DNA of 64,000 nt from Balanoglossus misakiensis (taxonomy: Eukaryota; Animalia; Hemichordata). Made by a program: the position numbers and the translations under genes. Below the pieces are notes generated by a model, which ran no database searches, was not told where the DNA came from, and was given only the letters and a program-made list of their open reading frames with translations. Location: the NCBI GenBank assembly GCA_040954595.2, contig CM082576.2:19329028-19393027 (forward strand), written 5' to 3'. The first letter of the stretch is position 1. Each line of letters begins with the position of its first letter. This document shows positions 1 through 12,540 of the stretch, piece by piece.

Positions 1-3000
1 AAAATGCCCTTTTGGAAAGTTTTTGCCCCAAAAGGCCATTTTTAGAAAAAAATTTAAAAACAAACTTTTCTTCATAAAGCTCAGAGATCATGTGATATAT
101 GAAATGTTCATCCTATGTAAAAAATGGTGCTGATTCCAGAAATAGCAGTCTTATTGATCCTACTCAAGAAAAAATGCCATTTTGCCACTTTTTGCCCCCA
201 AAACGTCATTTACAGAAAACACTCAAAATTTATATATTTTCTTCACTTTCGGAGATCTGATAATGAATTATATGCCCACTGTATGTGAAAAATTTCCAAA
301 AAAGCAGTTTTATTGATGCCACTCAAGATAAAAGTGCCTTTTTGGCAAGTTTTTGCTCAAAAAGTGTCATTTCTAGAAAATACGAAAATTATGCCATTTT
401 CTTCCCATTGGTGATCAAATGATAAATAAAAGTACTAAAAAACCCACTCTTACTGACCCCACTGAGGGAAAAAAATATCATTTTGGCCTCTTTGCTCAAA
501 AAGGTAACTGTTAGAAAAAATAAATACAAACTTATTCCTTTATATTCAGAGCCCTTGTGATGTATGTAAATTCGTTTTTTTTTTTGTGTGTGTGTGCAAA
601 AAATATGCTGATACCAGCACAACGGTCTTATTGAGACACCCCGCTCAGTACAAAATTGCCATTTAGCCATCTTTTGGTCAACAATAGGCATTTTCAGAAA
701 ACAAATATAATTGATGTTTTTGCCTTTTGTGTTCTGATGTTGTATATGCATATTTAAAACGCCATAACCATATAATGTCAATTAAATTGATGATATTGAA
801 AGACAGGGTTGCCACAATTTGGCAAATTTAGCCCAAAACTGAACTTAACAATAAGATGATCCATGTATACGCACTGTCTACTATAAGTCGATTATGCGTG
901 GTGTGGAATATTTAGGTTCAGATATGCCAGCTCGGGAGAGAGTGTTGAAATTTATTCTCTTCAATCTGAATACAAAATCAGAAATTATATTATAATTTAT
1001 ATCATGATACCTCCGTCATACTGATTGGACAGGAGTGCAACGATGCTAGAATACTCAATAGAGCACTGCTAAAACTGGCCCCTGAACTAGCACGCAGCAG
1101 GGAAAATGTGGGTTTAAACTAAATAAACATAAAACCCTTGACGTTTTAATTTGGAACTGCTGTATGGGAATATTTGGGCAATGTGCAATGCCTTTCTTTT
1201 GTCATCTGTATCATGTTTAGAGCTTGGTCCCGGGCGGCGTGTTTACATTCATTGACGCGAGTTTTGTTCCATTCGTAACTTCTTTTCCTCTCGACGCTGT
1301 TTCATCATCATTATGAGTTCAACTTGGGCTAATTTTGCAAAAACTCCAAATACAAACATTTTTTTCGGTACAAAATGGCTAAAATGATAATTTTTTCTTG
1401 AGTAGATCTATTTTTGGCTACAAATAGCAAAAAAGGCAATTTTGACAACCAGAGTGCCGTTTTTGGAATAGTCACCAAATTTTACACAGAATGGACTTTT
1501 CATACATGATCAGATCTCTGAATATGAAGAAAACAATTTGTCTTTAGTTTGTTTGTTTTTAATGAACATTTTTGACCAAAAAAGTGGCCGAAATTACAAA
1601 TTTCAATTGAATAGGGTAAGTAAGACTTCCGTTTTTGGAACAGTAACCACGTTTCAATATAGAATGGGCTTTTATTTATAATAAGATCACCGAAAGTGAA
1701 GAAAAGAGAATGCTTATTAATATATTCTTAAAAATAACAATTTTGTGCAAAACTTAGCCAAAAAGGTGATTTCATCATGGTTGAGGTAATTAAGACTGCA
1801 TTTCTGGAATCAACACCTATTTTACAATAAATGTACTTTTCACACATCATAGAATCTCCAAATAAGAATCAAACAGTTTGTTTATAATGATTTTCGAAAA
1901 GTGGCTTTTGGGGCAAAAACTTGTCAAAAAAGCACTGTTTTCTTGAGTGGCGCTAGTAATTTTTTTTTGAATTTTTTCACATAGAGTGGGTACATAATAC
2001 ATCATCATCTCCGAAAGTGAAGAAAATATAAAAGTTTTGGGTGTTTTCTAGAAATGACACTTTTTGGGCAAAAACTTGCCAAAGGGCACTTTTATCTTGG
2101 GTGGCATCAATAAAACTGCTTTTTTGGAAATTTTTCACATAAAGTGGGCATATAATACATTATCAGATCTCCGAAAGTGAAGAAAATATATAAATTTTGA
2201 GTGTTTTCTGAAAATGACGTTTTTGGGGCAAAAAGTGGCAAAAATGGCATTTTTTCTTGAGTAGGATCAATAAGACTGCTATTTCTGGAATTAGCACCAT
2301 TTTTTACATAGTTTGAACACTTCATATATCACATGATCTCTGAGCTTTATGAAGAAAAGTTTGTTTTTAATTTTTTTTTCTAAAAACGGCCTTTTTGGGT
2401 AATAACTTTCCAAAAGGGCATTTTTGCATTAGGTTGGGTCAATAAATCTGCTTTTTTGGAATAATCACCAAGTTTTACATAGGATGGGCATATAAGTGAA
2501 GAAAATATATAAATTTTGAGTGTTTTCTAAAAATGACGTTTTGGGGCAAAAAGTGGCAAAAATGGCATTTTTTTTCTTGAGTAGGGTCAATAAGACTGCT
2601 ATTTCTGAAATCAGCACCGTTTTTTACATAGAATGGACACTTCATATATCCAATTTATTTTTAGTTTTTTTGTAAAAATGACCTTTTTTGACCTCAAAAA
2701 GTGGCCAAAAATGGCATTTTTGTATTGATTGAGGTCAAAAAGACTGCTTTTTTTTTAAAGTCACCACTTTTAACATAGAATTGACTTTCCATATATCACC
2801 AGATCAACTATTATGAAGAAAACCGTGTTTTTTAATTTTTTTCTAAAAATGACGTTTTTTTGGCAAAAAATGGTCAAAAAGGCAATTTTCTGTTGTTTTG
2901 GGTCAATCGAACTATTTTTTTCGTAATATTCACCAAATTTTACATAGAATAGGCATATCATATGTCATCAGATCTTAGAATGTGACGAAAACAGTGTGTT

Positions 3001-3158
3001 TTTAGTGTTTTCTAAAAAAACACCATTTTTGGGTTAAAAATGGCCAAAATGGCAATTTTGTCTTGAGTGGGGTCAATAAGACCATTTTTTACATAGAATG
3101 GACCTCTCAAACCTTCCTTACCAAAAATTCTGATTAACGGCATCTAGCTCCTGGACTA
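1..3158. mobile_element. Foldback-type non-autonomous DNA element with long inverted arms built from ~160-bp AT-rich subrepeats (left end outside window); possibly Academ-type
   Basis: 1-~370 is the near-exact reverse complement of ~2040-2425. Both arms (1-~830 and ~1380-3110) consist of related degenerate subrepeats around a spacer. The right end is CTGGACTA (3151-3158), i.e. TAGTCCAG on the minus strand, resembling the TAG termini of Academ elements. Confidence 0.65.
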
Positions 3159-3159
3159 G

Positions 3160-3240
3160 GTCCCCTGCCCCATTCCCACTGCCATCGGCGCTACGCTCAA
3201 GGGCGCAGCCAGCGGTGGGAATGGGGCAGGGAACAGACTA
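3160..3240. mobile_element. Short hairpin MITE, left end missing
   Basis: CCCTGCCCCATTCCCAC ... GTGGGAATGGGGCAGGG inverted repeat, ending CAGACTA. Confidence 0.55.
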
Positions 3241-3344
3241 CTTCACTTGTGGAATAAAGTGCTCATTTCTTGTGTATCTGCATTTTGTCGATGTTATCGC
3301 TCCTCTGGCAGAGAAGCCAGGGTGCTAGCTGTTGGCTTTAATAA

Positions 3345-3598
3345 GGGACTGTTCAGAATTTACTTCCAGGGGGCGGAGAATTTTCAGAGGGGGGGGGGGA
3401 CCACCCATTTTCTCCAAGACAAATTAGGGGAGACTAGACATAAAAGTCACAATAGGGGGACCATGGAAAATCCCCAGGAAATTTAAGGGGGGACCACATA
3501 TTTCCTCCACAATTTACTAGGGGAGACCATGGGAAAAAATCACCAGGAAAATAAAAAATCCTCCATCCCCAACTTGGAAGTAAAATCTGAACAGTCCT
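3345..3598. mobile_element. MITE, PIF/Harbinger-like
   Basis: TIR GGGACTGTTCAGAATTTACTTCCA / TGGAAGTAAAATCTGAACAGTCCT, flanked by TAA and TCA (TWA-like target); internal GGGGRGAC/GGGGGACCA subrepeats. Confidence 0.7.
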
Positions 3599-5357
3599 TC
3601 ATGGTTGTTTGTTTGTTTGTTTGCCTGTTTGTTTATTCGTATCTTTGTTTGTTTGTGTATTCTATCTCATTTAATATGATGCTTCTGTCACATTTGGCAT
3701 TTACTGTCGCATAAACAATGACCGAACCGACTCGACTGCGTTTGGATGCACGATGGACTTAAGAGTGAATCCATCGGTGTTTACCGGCCAAAACAAAACC
3801 GTTTGATTTCTTTAACACTGTTGCAACAAGTGAGACCCTAGTACATGTAGTATATAAATCAGAAGTCCGGTGCATGTTTGCCAGTGACACCTACCACAAA
3901 ATGGTATCGCCCAAATAATGTTGGGCGCGCCCGTGGAAGTTATAAGCCCGGCGCTTTTTCCTCATGATTAATAAAACAGTTAACACAACATTGGAAATTC
4001 AGCCAATTTGTCCCTGTTTTGTAGAAATAGTGCGAGCTATACATGGCGAAAAGTTTTTCAAAAAATAGATCAAAATGGGAATTCAAATTAGTGAATATTA
4101 TTGGCACTTACAGAGTTTTAATTCAAAATAGAGGATTCATTCCAATGAATATGCAAGTCAAGAAGTCACATAGGGATCATGAAAATGACCTATTGATCAT
4201 GTCATGATGATTATGTACAAGAGAGAAGTAAAAAACTGGTTATTGCTTGAATTTCATGTTTCTTTTTAATCAGATGTAGTCAACAGTCTTTCAACAAGTC
4301 TATAACATGATTTTGAAATGATTTTCAAAAGTACACAATTCCATATGAAAATGTTACTTTAAGATTTGTAAATTTTTCTGTATATTTGAGTTCACGTGCA
4401 TAGGCTGACTCAAACATTCTTTGCATCAACATTTACCGTCCTTTCAAAAATCTTGCCTGTAGTCCAGGTTTTACATTTGCACTTAATAGCATTATAACAC
4501 CATCATGTCATCCACATGTTACCCTCACAGCCAGTCACTGTGTGTATATTGTGATTCATGAAGTACATGTATTGCTACATATTTTTGTGGAGATGAGACA
4601 CACACACACATAGCAACCGATAGACAGACTGCTTGATAATATGCTCTGACTGATCCCTAAAGCTGAAACTTGTATGTGTTTGTACATACAACACAAAGGA
4701 ACTAAAAATAGGGCATTCACATAGGGACCATTGAAAGTTTTCTGAAACATCTCAACTCAAACATTGACATAAAAAATACTTTGTGAACAATTAAAGTCTT
4801 CCTGGAACGTTTCAGATTTGAGACGGTTTTTCCAGCCAGACCTGATCCGGTGTAATGATTAACACCTCTTCGCAACCCATTGTCTATGGGGCCGAGCCTC
4901 GCAGTGCCTATACATAAACTTTGTGTGTGTGGACACAAACGACTCAAAGGATTAATGCTCTGTGTTTACCATAGGCAAATAGTGTCTCAAATTTTTCCCT
5001 GCCTGAACCTGGTATCTGAAATGTTTCTCATTTTACCCAGTGTAAACATGGTGAAAGACAAAATGTCCTATACCTGTATAACATAGATCATAAATTTATA
5101 ATACCAGGGTTTACTTGGTCTGATTGAAGCTCTGTAATTGGTTGAAGCAAGGGTTTTTATTACATATGTACCGTCGATTACTTGCACCGAGCGCGCGCGT
5201 AACATCGGTAATTGCACTCAGTGCAATACCAAAAACATTATGCTATACCTGTATGCAAATGAGTGGCCTGTTCACGAAACAAGCAATATCATTCCGCGGT
5301 CTCATTTCTTTCATTTTCGGTCTTTTTTTCAAAATGGGATGAACATATGTAATAAAA

Positions 5358-5550
5358 ACAGAACCCCATGGCTCAATCGTGCAAGCACGGCGTACCGGTA
5401 GTATTTGCACTCGTGCTGGCGGTGTATTCTTGCTGCCCCCCGCACGAGCGACAGCGAGTGCGGGGGACGGGCGCAAGAATACACCGCCAGACACTCGATG
5501 CAAATACTACCGTTACGCCGTGCTTGCACGATCGAGCCATGGGGTTCTGT
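5358..5550. mobile_element. Near-perfect palindromic MITE nested in the TTAA element
   Basis: ACAGAACCCCATGGCTCAATCGTGCAAGCACGGCGTA... mirrored by ...TACGCCGTGCTTGCACGATCGAGCCATGGGGTTCTGT; ~90-bp arms; GC/CpG-rich against an AT-rich background. Confidence 0.8.
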
Positions 5551-8027
5551 CATAACATTCTCTACTAGAAGACCTGAACAGTAAATAACTGAAATAAAAT
5601 ACACAAAAGAGAATGCATCTGAATAGAACACAATTTATTAACTTGGATTGGTCATGGGCATCAGGGCGCTCTACTTAAGAAATTCTAGAACATGTTTGTA
5701 CAAGTGGCATTTTCATGAGCAGTGAGCAACGAGGCCTTTCTGGCATGTAATACTTAAAATCCAAACATCAGATTTTTTATCACACAAAATCATATTATAT
5801 ACAATGACATTATAAATGGTGTGCGCTTATATTTGGTTACGGATTTAAAACCTCTTTGAGGAAAATTTTGCAGAGAGGTCTTGTATCTACAACCAAATAA
5901 CCACTATGTTCATATCATTCAGATTGCTCAGTACTATCAGCGAGTTCACCAGTGGTTTCCAGAAATCTATAGGCTAAACATATGCCATTTTCATTGTGCC
6001 TCCCCCCATCTATTTCAATACAATAAATAATGGCTGGCTTGATTTTTCACCAGGACTTTTCAACAATAGTTTTTGTTAAGATATAGACAACATTCCAGAT
6101 GTGTATGAAAACTCGAGGAAAATAATAACATTTGACCTGTCATCAGTTGTGAATTAATTAAATATTTTCATAAACAACACATTATAATCAAATTTAAACT
6201 CGTATGTAATGAATAATCGTCTCAACATAAGAGCTGCTAAGGCTAGACTCAACAGCACTATCAACACGAAAGAATTACTATTTTCTTGCTGACGTATCTG
6301 GCGATTATTCTGATTTGATAGTGTGTCGTTTCTTCTTCTGGGTTGCTCATACCCTTGCTGGCTGACATTTCTTTGTCGTATGTTTGTCTCTGTGGTAGCA
6401 TTGTCATTGGCATTTCTCTGGGGGTGTTTTCTGTGTTGGCAGTTGCAGGTTCTGGTGCTAGGGGAGTGTTGACATCTGCCTGGGGTGTTGCATCGGCTGG
6501 CGGTTGAACGGTGTTGTCGTTGTTCGATGCCGCATCTCTGTGTCGTGGCGGCTGTCCGGCTCCTGCAAACGCAGCGTACTGAGACACGAATGGGTTCGGG
6601 TATGACATCTGCTGGAAGTGTTGCTGGTATGCTGCGGCTGGATAGGGTGGGGGTTGTTGGTTCGCAGAAGCTACAGGCTGGGGTGTGTTTGTGCTTGTGC
6701 TTGTTGTGGCAGTATCAGCAGAGGTTGCTATGCTTTTCTTTGTCTCTTCCTGTGGAGGATAAAAAGAACACAGTGTTTTTGCAAAGGTCGGGGAACACTG
6801 GTAATGGATTTGGGAACCCCGTTAATATTCCTATAACCTCCTAATATAACCACATTGATACACCCAGGGGAACCCCGGTAAAATGACTGGGGAACTCTGG
6901 TAGACTGCCTGACCACTGTGACATTGGCCTTGTTCTGTTGTTTTAATTCGGAGTGACTGGGGTACTCCGGTAGATTTTATCTAGGTACCGCCCTTAACAA
7001 AAACACTAGAACAGAATCACAATTTGGAAGGCATGAGAGGCAAATACCATTTAAGGATGTACACGCACAACATAAACTGATAAACAGTGCATGTGTGTCT
7101 GTTCCTGAAAGGATTACATCGATAATTGCCAGAAAACAAACTTCTACTATTGTCTTTTTCACGAAATTTTACACATAGCTCAGACAAGTAAACGTAAATT
7201 CCTTGGTCAAAAAAAATTATGTGGTCACCAAGCTCTATTATGAGATAAATTGCGTTAAAATCTTCGCCCATAGACAAACCATTGGTGAAAAATGCTGAGA
7301 CAGCAAATTTCTTCTATTATCAACTAAATTCATGGCTCTGTATTTTTTTTAAAAAGGGCAATGACCCCTACAATTTTTAACGGATTCTCATTATACATAC
7401 ACAGCATAATCCAAAAATCCACAATTAAAAGAATGACAATACTTTCAACGTGTATAATACCAGCATACACCTGTTTCAAGTCCAGTGTCCTAATACACCA
7501 TCATCATGAATTGGAACTCAAAGCAAGGCCAATGAGCAAACCCAGATTGACAACTCATTACACCAGCAAAGTGGTTTCTTTATGGAAGTGGTGGTACCAA
7601 TAAATACTTTATTCAAGGTAAGAATTTCTTATTGTAGCAGTATTTTCATTTCCATTCATGTTTTAAAGGCCTTTTTTGTAGATTCTGAGTTTCTATGCCA
7701 GACAAAGTATGATTATTTTTCCACTAATGCAGCCTGAATTAAAGTCAACATTTTTCACCATAGGTCTTTCTATGTTATTTTTCTATAGGCATGGACACAT
7801 TTAAGTTTATCTCAAAACTGAGCACAGTGGTGAGCCTACAACTTATATGAATCACTCAATTTAATTTCATTTGGATGAGTTATGAGTGAAACTTCTTAAA
7901 ATTACAATAGTAGAAAAGGGTTTTCTATCAATTCTTAATGTTATCCTATGGGAAGAAACACATTCCATGAGCTCATACATGTAGTGTGTGCCATTCTTAA
8001 CCCTTTCAGTATTATATGAATCAGATA

Positions 8028-8163
8028 TAGAAGCTTGTTCAACGTCCCGTTGCGGCCAAGCCAATCAGATTGCACGTTATGTCAATCAAAACTGAAGGAT
8101 ACCTAAAGTTCTCTATAAGGCACCGTCTGATTGGTTTACTAGAGTTTTCAACGGGAGCTTCTA
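8028..8163. mobile_element. Small degenerate hairpin MITE
   Basis: TAGAAGCT..CCCGTTG..CCAATCAGA mirrored by TCTGATTGG..CAACGGGAGCTTCTA. Confidence 0.45.
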
Positions 8164-9085
8164 TGGGAGTTGGTCAGATGTAGTGTGAGGCGACAGTATA
8201 AGAATACCGTACTGCGAAGTAAAAGACGTCGCCGTACCCTACATCTGATTTTAATCAGATTGTATGCACACATAAGCTGGTTTAGAATACTGATAAACCC
8301 TGATGAAACAATCTCAGTAAAATATATACAGATGAGAATGAGAATGCAGTTAAAGTTAAATATACATTCGTTGTATCTTTTGGCTTTATTTCCAGTATTT
8401 TTGTTCTATGTAGCAAATGCGATTTCATGTTCTACTCCACACAGATTGTTACTTGTCAGCACAGAATGTATGTGTATAATGGCCATTGTCATTGTTGACA
8501 ATAATTCATGGATTCTAGTCTGGACTTAAATTCCAATTTGGCACAATAACAATGCTGACCATACACATATATGTTTCATCATGTTTCGGGAATTTGCACA
8601 AGAAACTGCTAAACAAAGATACTGAAAACATAGGAAAAAGGTAAAGGTAATGGAGCTTTAATTACAATTCACACTGTATACAAAATCCATGTAAAAATTC
8701 AAAATACTGGATTTGTCAGCTTCAACTGATATGGGGGTCACACAAGAAATTGCTAAAACGTCTCAGATCAAATACTGGCATAAATTATTATTGGTGAATG
8801 GTTTAAGTGGTCCTGAATCTTCTCAGATTTGAGACACGTCTCTTACCAGGTTCACACAGGGTAAAATTTGAGACACTATTAGTCTATGGTAAACACAGAG
8901 CGTTAATACTTTGGGGGGGGGGGGTTAGCTGGGCAGACCCGCCCTCCTTTATTTTTTGCCACCCTGCTATCTTACGCGCCGCCCTGCTTTCTTTTCATTC
9001 CCGCCTTGGTAAATATTTATTGTTTCTGGTGCACGCTCCCGCATGCGGCTGGCATTTGAGAGAATGATATTTATTCAGTTTAGGG

Positions 9086-10175
9086 ATGTTTTGTCGCCTT
9101 TGTACAAAACACAAGCAGAAGGCCAAGTGCGGAGGGACTTGGGTTACAACATCTCCATGTACATGTACCACCCTTCGCGAAGACAAACTCAAGCAGCATG
9201 AAGAGACGATTATCGACCGGGCGGCAATGCAGCTTGACGCCGAGGCAGCAGTTATCGAGAACAGCAGCGGTCTTGTGGCTGCATTTGACAAGGTCATCAC
9301 CTTTGAGACGCAAGCCTTCATGCATCGGCGTCCTACGATGCATGTATTTTCTCATGCACAGAGAATTGCCGCACACCACCAACTTCATCCATGTTTTGGA
9401 ATTGGCAAAGTCCCTCGGGTGTTCATTCCTTGGTACTCTCAGCAGTGATGACCACAACTATAATGGTTTATTGCATTGGTAAGTAGGTCTACTGATTTTT
9501 GTGCAGATCTAAATTGTAGGCAATGTAGTAACATTTATTTAAACCTGGTTGTTTTCAAGAAAGGATCACTGTTTAAGCAATAGTGTTACACTCAATAAAT
9601 AATAATTACTGTACAAATTACTGTGAATTTTGATAAGTTTAATCTGAAGAGTAATTTTCATTTATTTCATTTTTCAGGCAAAGTCATCCGTGATGAGATT
9701 TTAGAGAAGATGAAAGGAAGTAACTTCTATTCACTGTTAATAGATGAAAACAACTGATGTGGCTGTATTGAAGCAATTAATCATCTATTCCAAGTACACC
9801 TTGAAGTCTGGGAAGTCAGTTGTGTCTTTCCTTGGAGTTAAAGAAGTAAGTGGAAAGTTTTTCAATTTTTAAGTCTACACTGAATTAAAAACATACGATT
9901 AAACATGTTTTTGAGTGACCTCATTTAATTGATTTTGCTGACTAGTTATTTCAGGTGAGACAAACATTGAGTTGTACATTGCATGTGTTAACATCAAGGT
10001 TTTATTTTCACTGTTTTAGGTTGGTGATGGCAGAGCAGACACCATTGCACAGTCAGTGAAAGAGTTTTCTTCAGAGAATGGTATTGTCTTAAGAGATCGT
10101 CTGTCTGCTTTGGGCAGTGATGGTGCTCCTGTTATGCTAGGACAGAAAGGAGGGGTGGCTACCAAACTAAAAGAA
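9086..10175 (+). pseudogene. Degenerate intron-containing hAT transposase (ZNF862/C17orf113-like), N-terminal half
   Basis: Zn-finger-like MFCRLCTKH...LKQHE, then MYFLMHRELPHTTNF after a frameshift. Exon ~9679-9845 gives FYSLLIDE-TDVAVLKQLIIY (frameshift at the catalytic DE). Exon ~10020-10175 gives DGRAETIAQSV...LGSDGAPVMLGQKGGVATKLKE. Truncated near the downstream insertion. Confidence 0.8.
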
Positions 10176-10984
10176 GTGAGTGAAATTTTGAGTTGTGAAG
10201 ACATTGTGATTTTGTAAGTTTTTAGTTGGTGTCTTTATATCGTGACAATAATAATAGTAATAATTAAAGCTGCAAGCAGCATTGAAGGGGCCCAAGCATA
10301 GAGATAATAACCATTAGACTCCATTCAGGGTTGTACCATTCAATTGCGTAGGCTGTATTTGCTCTGGATGTGGAGATATGGGGAAGTAGGCAACCACCCG
10401 AAATGGATGTCCTACAAGTACAAACACAACAACCACAAGTGAACTTCTACGTTATGTAAGGACTTCAGTTAAGTACTTCAAAGGTCAGCTGAGGGTACCC
10501 AAAAATTGGGCCAAAAATTTGGATTCCTATTTGGTTCATATTCAAGACAACGGAAAATTCTCGCCCTTTGGGTTTTTAAAATTAGGTATGGCCATAATAA
10601 TGAGTTACGCAAGTAAGTTACAGGTGGCCCTAGGAATTTAGCATTTCATGACGGTCCTACCCTACCCCTCCAAACACGTGGCTATATATGATGTGCATGC
10701 TAACATATGGAAAGCAGGTCAATGGACACCTGAGGTCATTCAAAAATTTGACAGAAAAATTTCATTCCTGTTTATGTCTTGTGCAACAAATCCTACATTT
10801 GCAGCCCTTTCACTTTGCCTAACATTAGGTATGCACGTAATACATGAATCAAGCAGGTGTCAAAGGTATCCCCCTGTATTTGGCATTTCATGATAGTTTC
10901 ATCCCTCCAAATACCAAAGCTGCACCTGTACAACGGGATGAGATATGGCACTGTATGACAGAGGTCATCCAAATCACCTTATAC

Positions 10985-11850
10985 ATCAATCAATCAATCA
11001 ATCAGAGAAATTTGTATAGCGCCAGTATCTATAACAAGTGTCATACTCAAAGGCGCTTGTGCTCATTGGCCCACACCATATGCTCTTGCGAAATAATGCG
11101 TCTTCAGTCTTTTCTTAAAGATACTCAAACTTGGAGCTTGACGAATGTTCCACAGTTTCGTTGCAGCATGAGAGAATGCTCGGCCACCGTATGAAGAACG
11201 TTTGTACATTGTAGTGCATAAAAGGCTCTTATTAGCTGAACGAAGCCTGCGACCAGGAGAATATGTCCGAATGAGATCGCGGATATAGTTCGGAGCGAGA
11301 TTATTTAAGGCTTTGTATGTGAGCAGATTTATTTTATACTCTATCCTGTGGCGAACTGGTAACCAATGAAGAAGTTGAAGAACTGGCGTTATATGGGCAG
11401 ACTTCCTGGACCGAGTTATGATTCTTGCAGCTGTATTTTGTGTGCGTTGTAGAAGGTTCAGACTGCGTTCTGGTATACCATACAGTAATGCATTACCATA
11501 GTCGAGTTTCGCTGCCAAAATAGCATGAATCACTGTTTGACATGTTGCTTTGTTAAGAAATTTCCTGATTTGTCCGACACGGCGAAAGTGGTAATATATT
11601 GATTGACAAGTTTTCTTGATGTGATCTTTATACATGTGCGTATTGTCAAATATTACACCAATATTGCGAGCTGATTTAACGACGGGAACAGAGCTTGAAC
11701 CAATGATAATCTTGTCAATAGCAACAGCAGAGTGATGAAATTGTGAACGAATAAGTAGAATCTCAGTTTTTGGAGTCGTTGAGTTGAAGCTTGTTTTGGG
11801 TCATCCAGTCCTTAAGATCACGGATACAGGCCTCAATGGACATTTGGGCA
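10985..11850 (-). mobile_element. 5'-truncated L2/CR1-group LINE (RT C-terminus and 3' tail)
   Basis: ORF 11063-11635 has KLDYGNALLYG...LQRTQNTAARI...HITPVLQLLHWLPVRHRIEYK; upstream frame has WMTQNKLQLN..KTE; (ATTG)n tail on the minus strand at ~10985-11003. Confidence 0.88.
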
Positions 11851-12540
11851 AAAACCAACTGACACTTACATTCGTCCCTGTGGAACAAAAACCACACCTA
11901 TCGCCCTGTTGGTTAGTGTCTAATTAAATGTACAAAATCAATGACTTAGGCAGGTGCAACAGACGACCCCGCCTTTGGTATATCATTATGGTCCCATCCG
12001 TATATGCCCCCCCCCTCCCAAGCCAAAGCTGCATGCATCTGCTGTGGATGCTCACTAAGCAAAAGTAGGTGAAAGGTCACATAAGGTCGCCCACAACTTG
12101 ACGGGAAAATCGGACTTCATATTGATCCATGTGCAACAAATAGCACGCTACCACCCCTTTCATTGACCCCACAATTACGCATGCACATAATTATTGAGTT
12201 ATGCAGGTGTCACAGGTGACACCCGAATCGGGTGTATTATTTTAGTCCCATACAGCTGCATGTAGCTGCGTGCCGTTACGGGCGACCTGATAACCCACAC
12301 GGCCACCTGCGGGCCGACTCCCATACTGAACGTCCAGTTGCAACATCACGACTGAAGTAGGAACTTTTGAACGGCAACGAAGCCTGATCTCTGATTATTG
12401 CTGGTACCATACTCCTGTCGTGCAAGAAAATCACTGGTCTGCTGACGTATTTCAGCCAATTTCCCAAACTACTATCCACTACATGTGACTACAATGCTAA
12501 TGAAACCTCCCACAACATTAGCGACTTAGGGTCAAAGTCC

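Larger units (their letters stand above)
4956..8902. mobile_element. ~3.9-kb non-autonomous TTAA-specific DNA element (piggyBac-like)
   Basis: ~60-bp imperfect TIRs (TGCTCTGTGTTTACCATAGGCAAATAGTGTCTCAAATTTT at 4956; AAAATTTGAGACACTATTAGTCTATGGTAAACACAGAGCG ending 8902), each flanked by TTAA (4952-4955, 8903-8906). No transposase recognised inside. Confidence 0.7.

Noticed and set aside
5124-5631. Cluster of overlapping short ORFs on both strands
   Set aside because: Caused by a GC-rich palindromic MITE.
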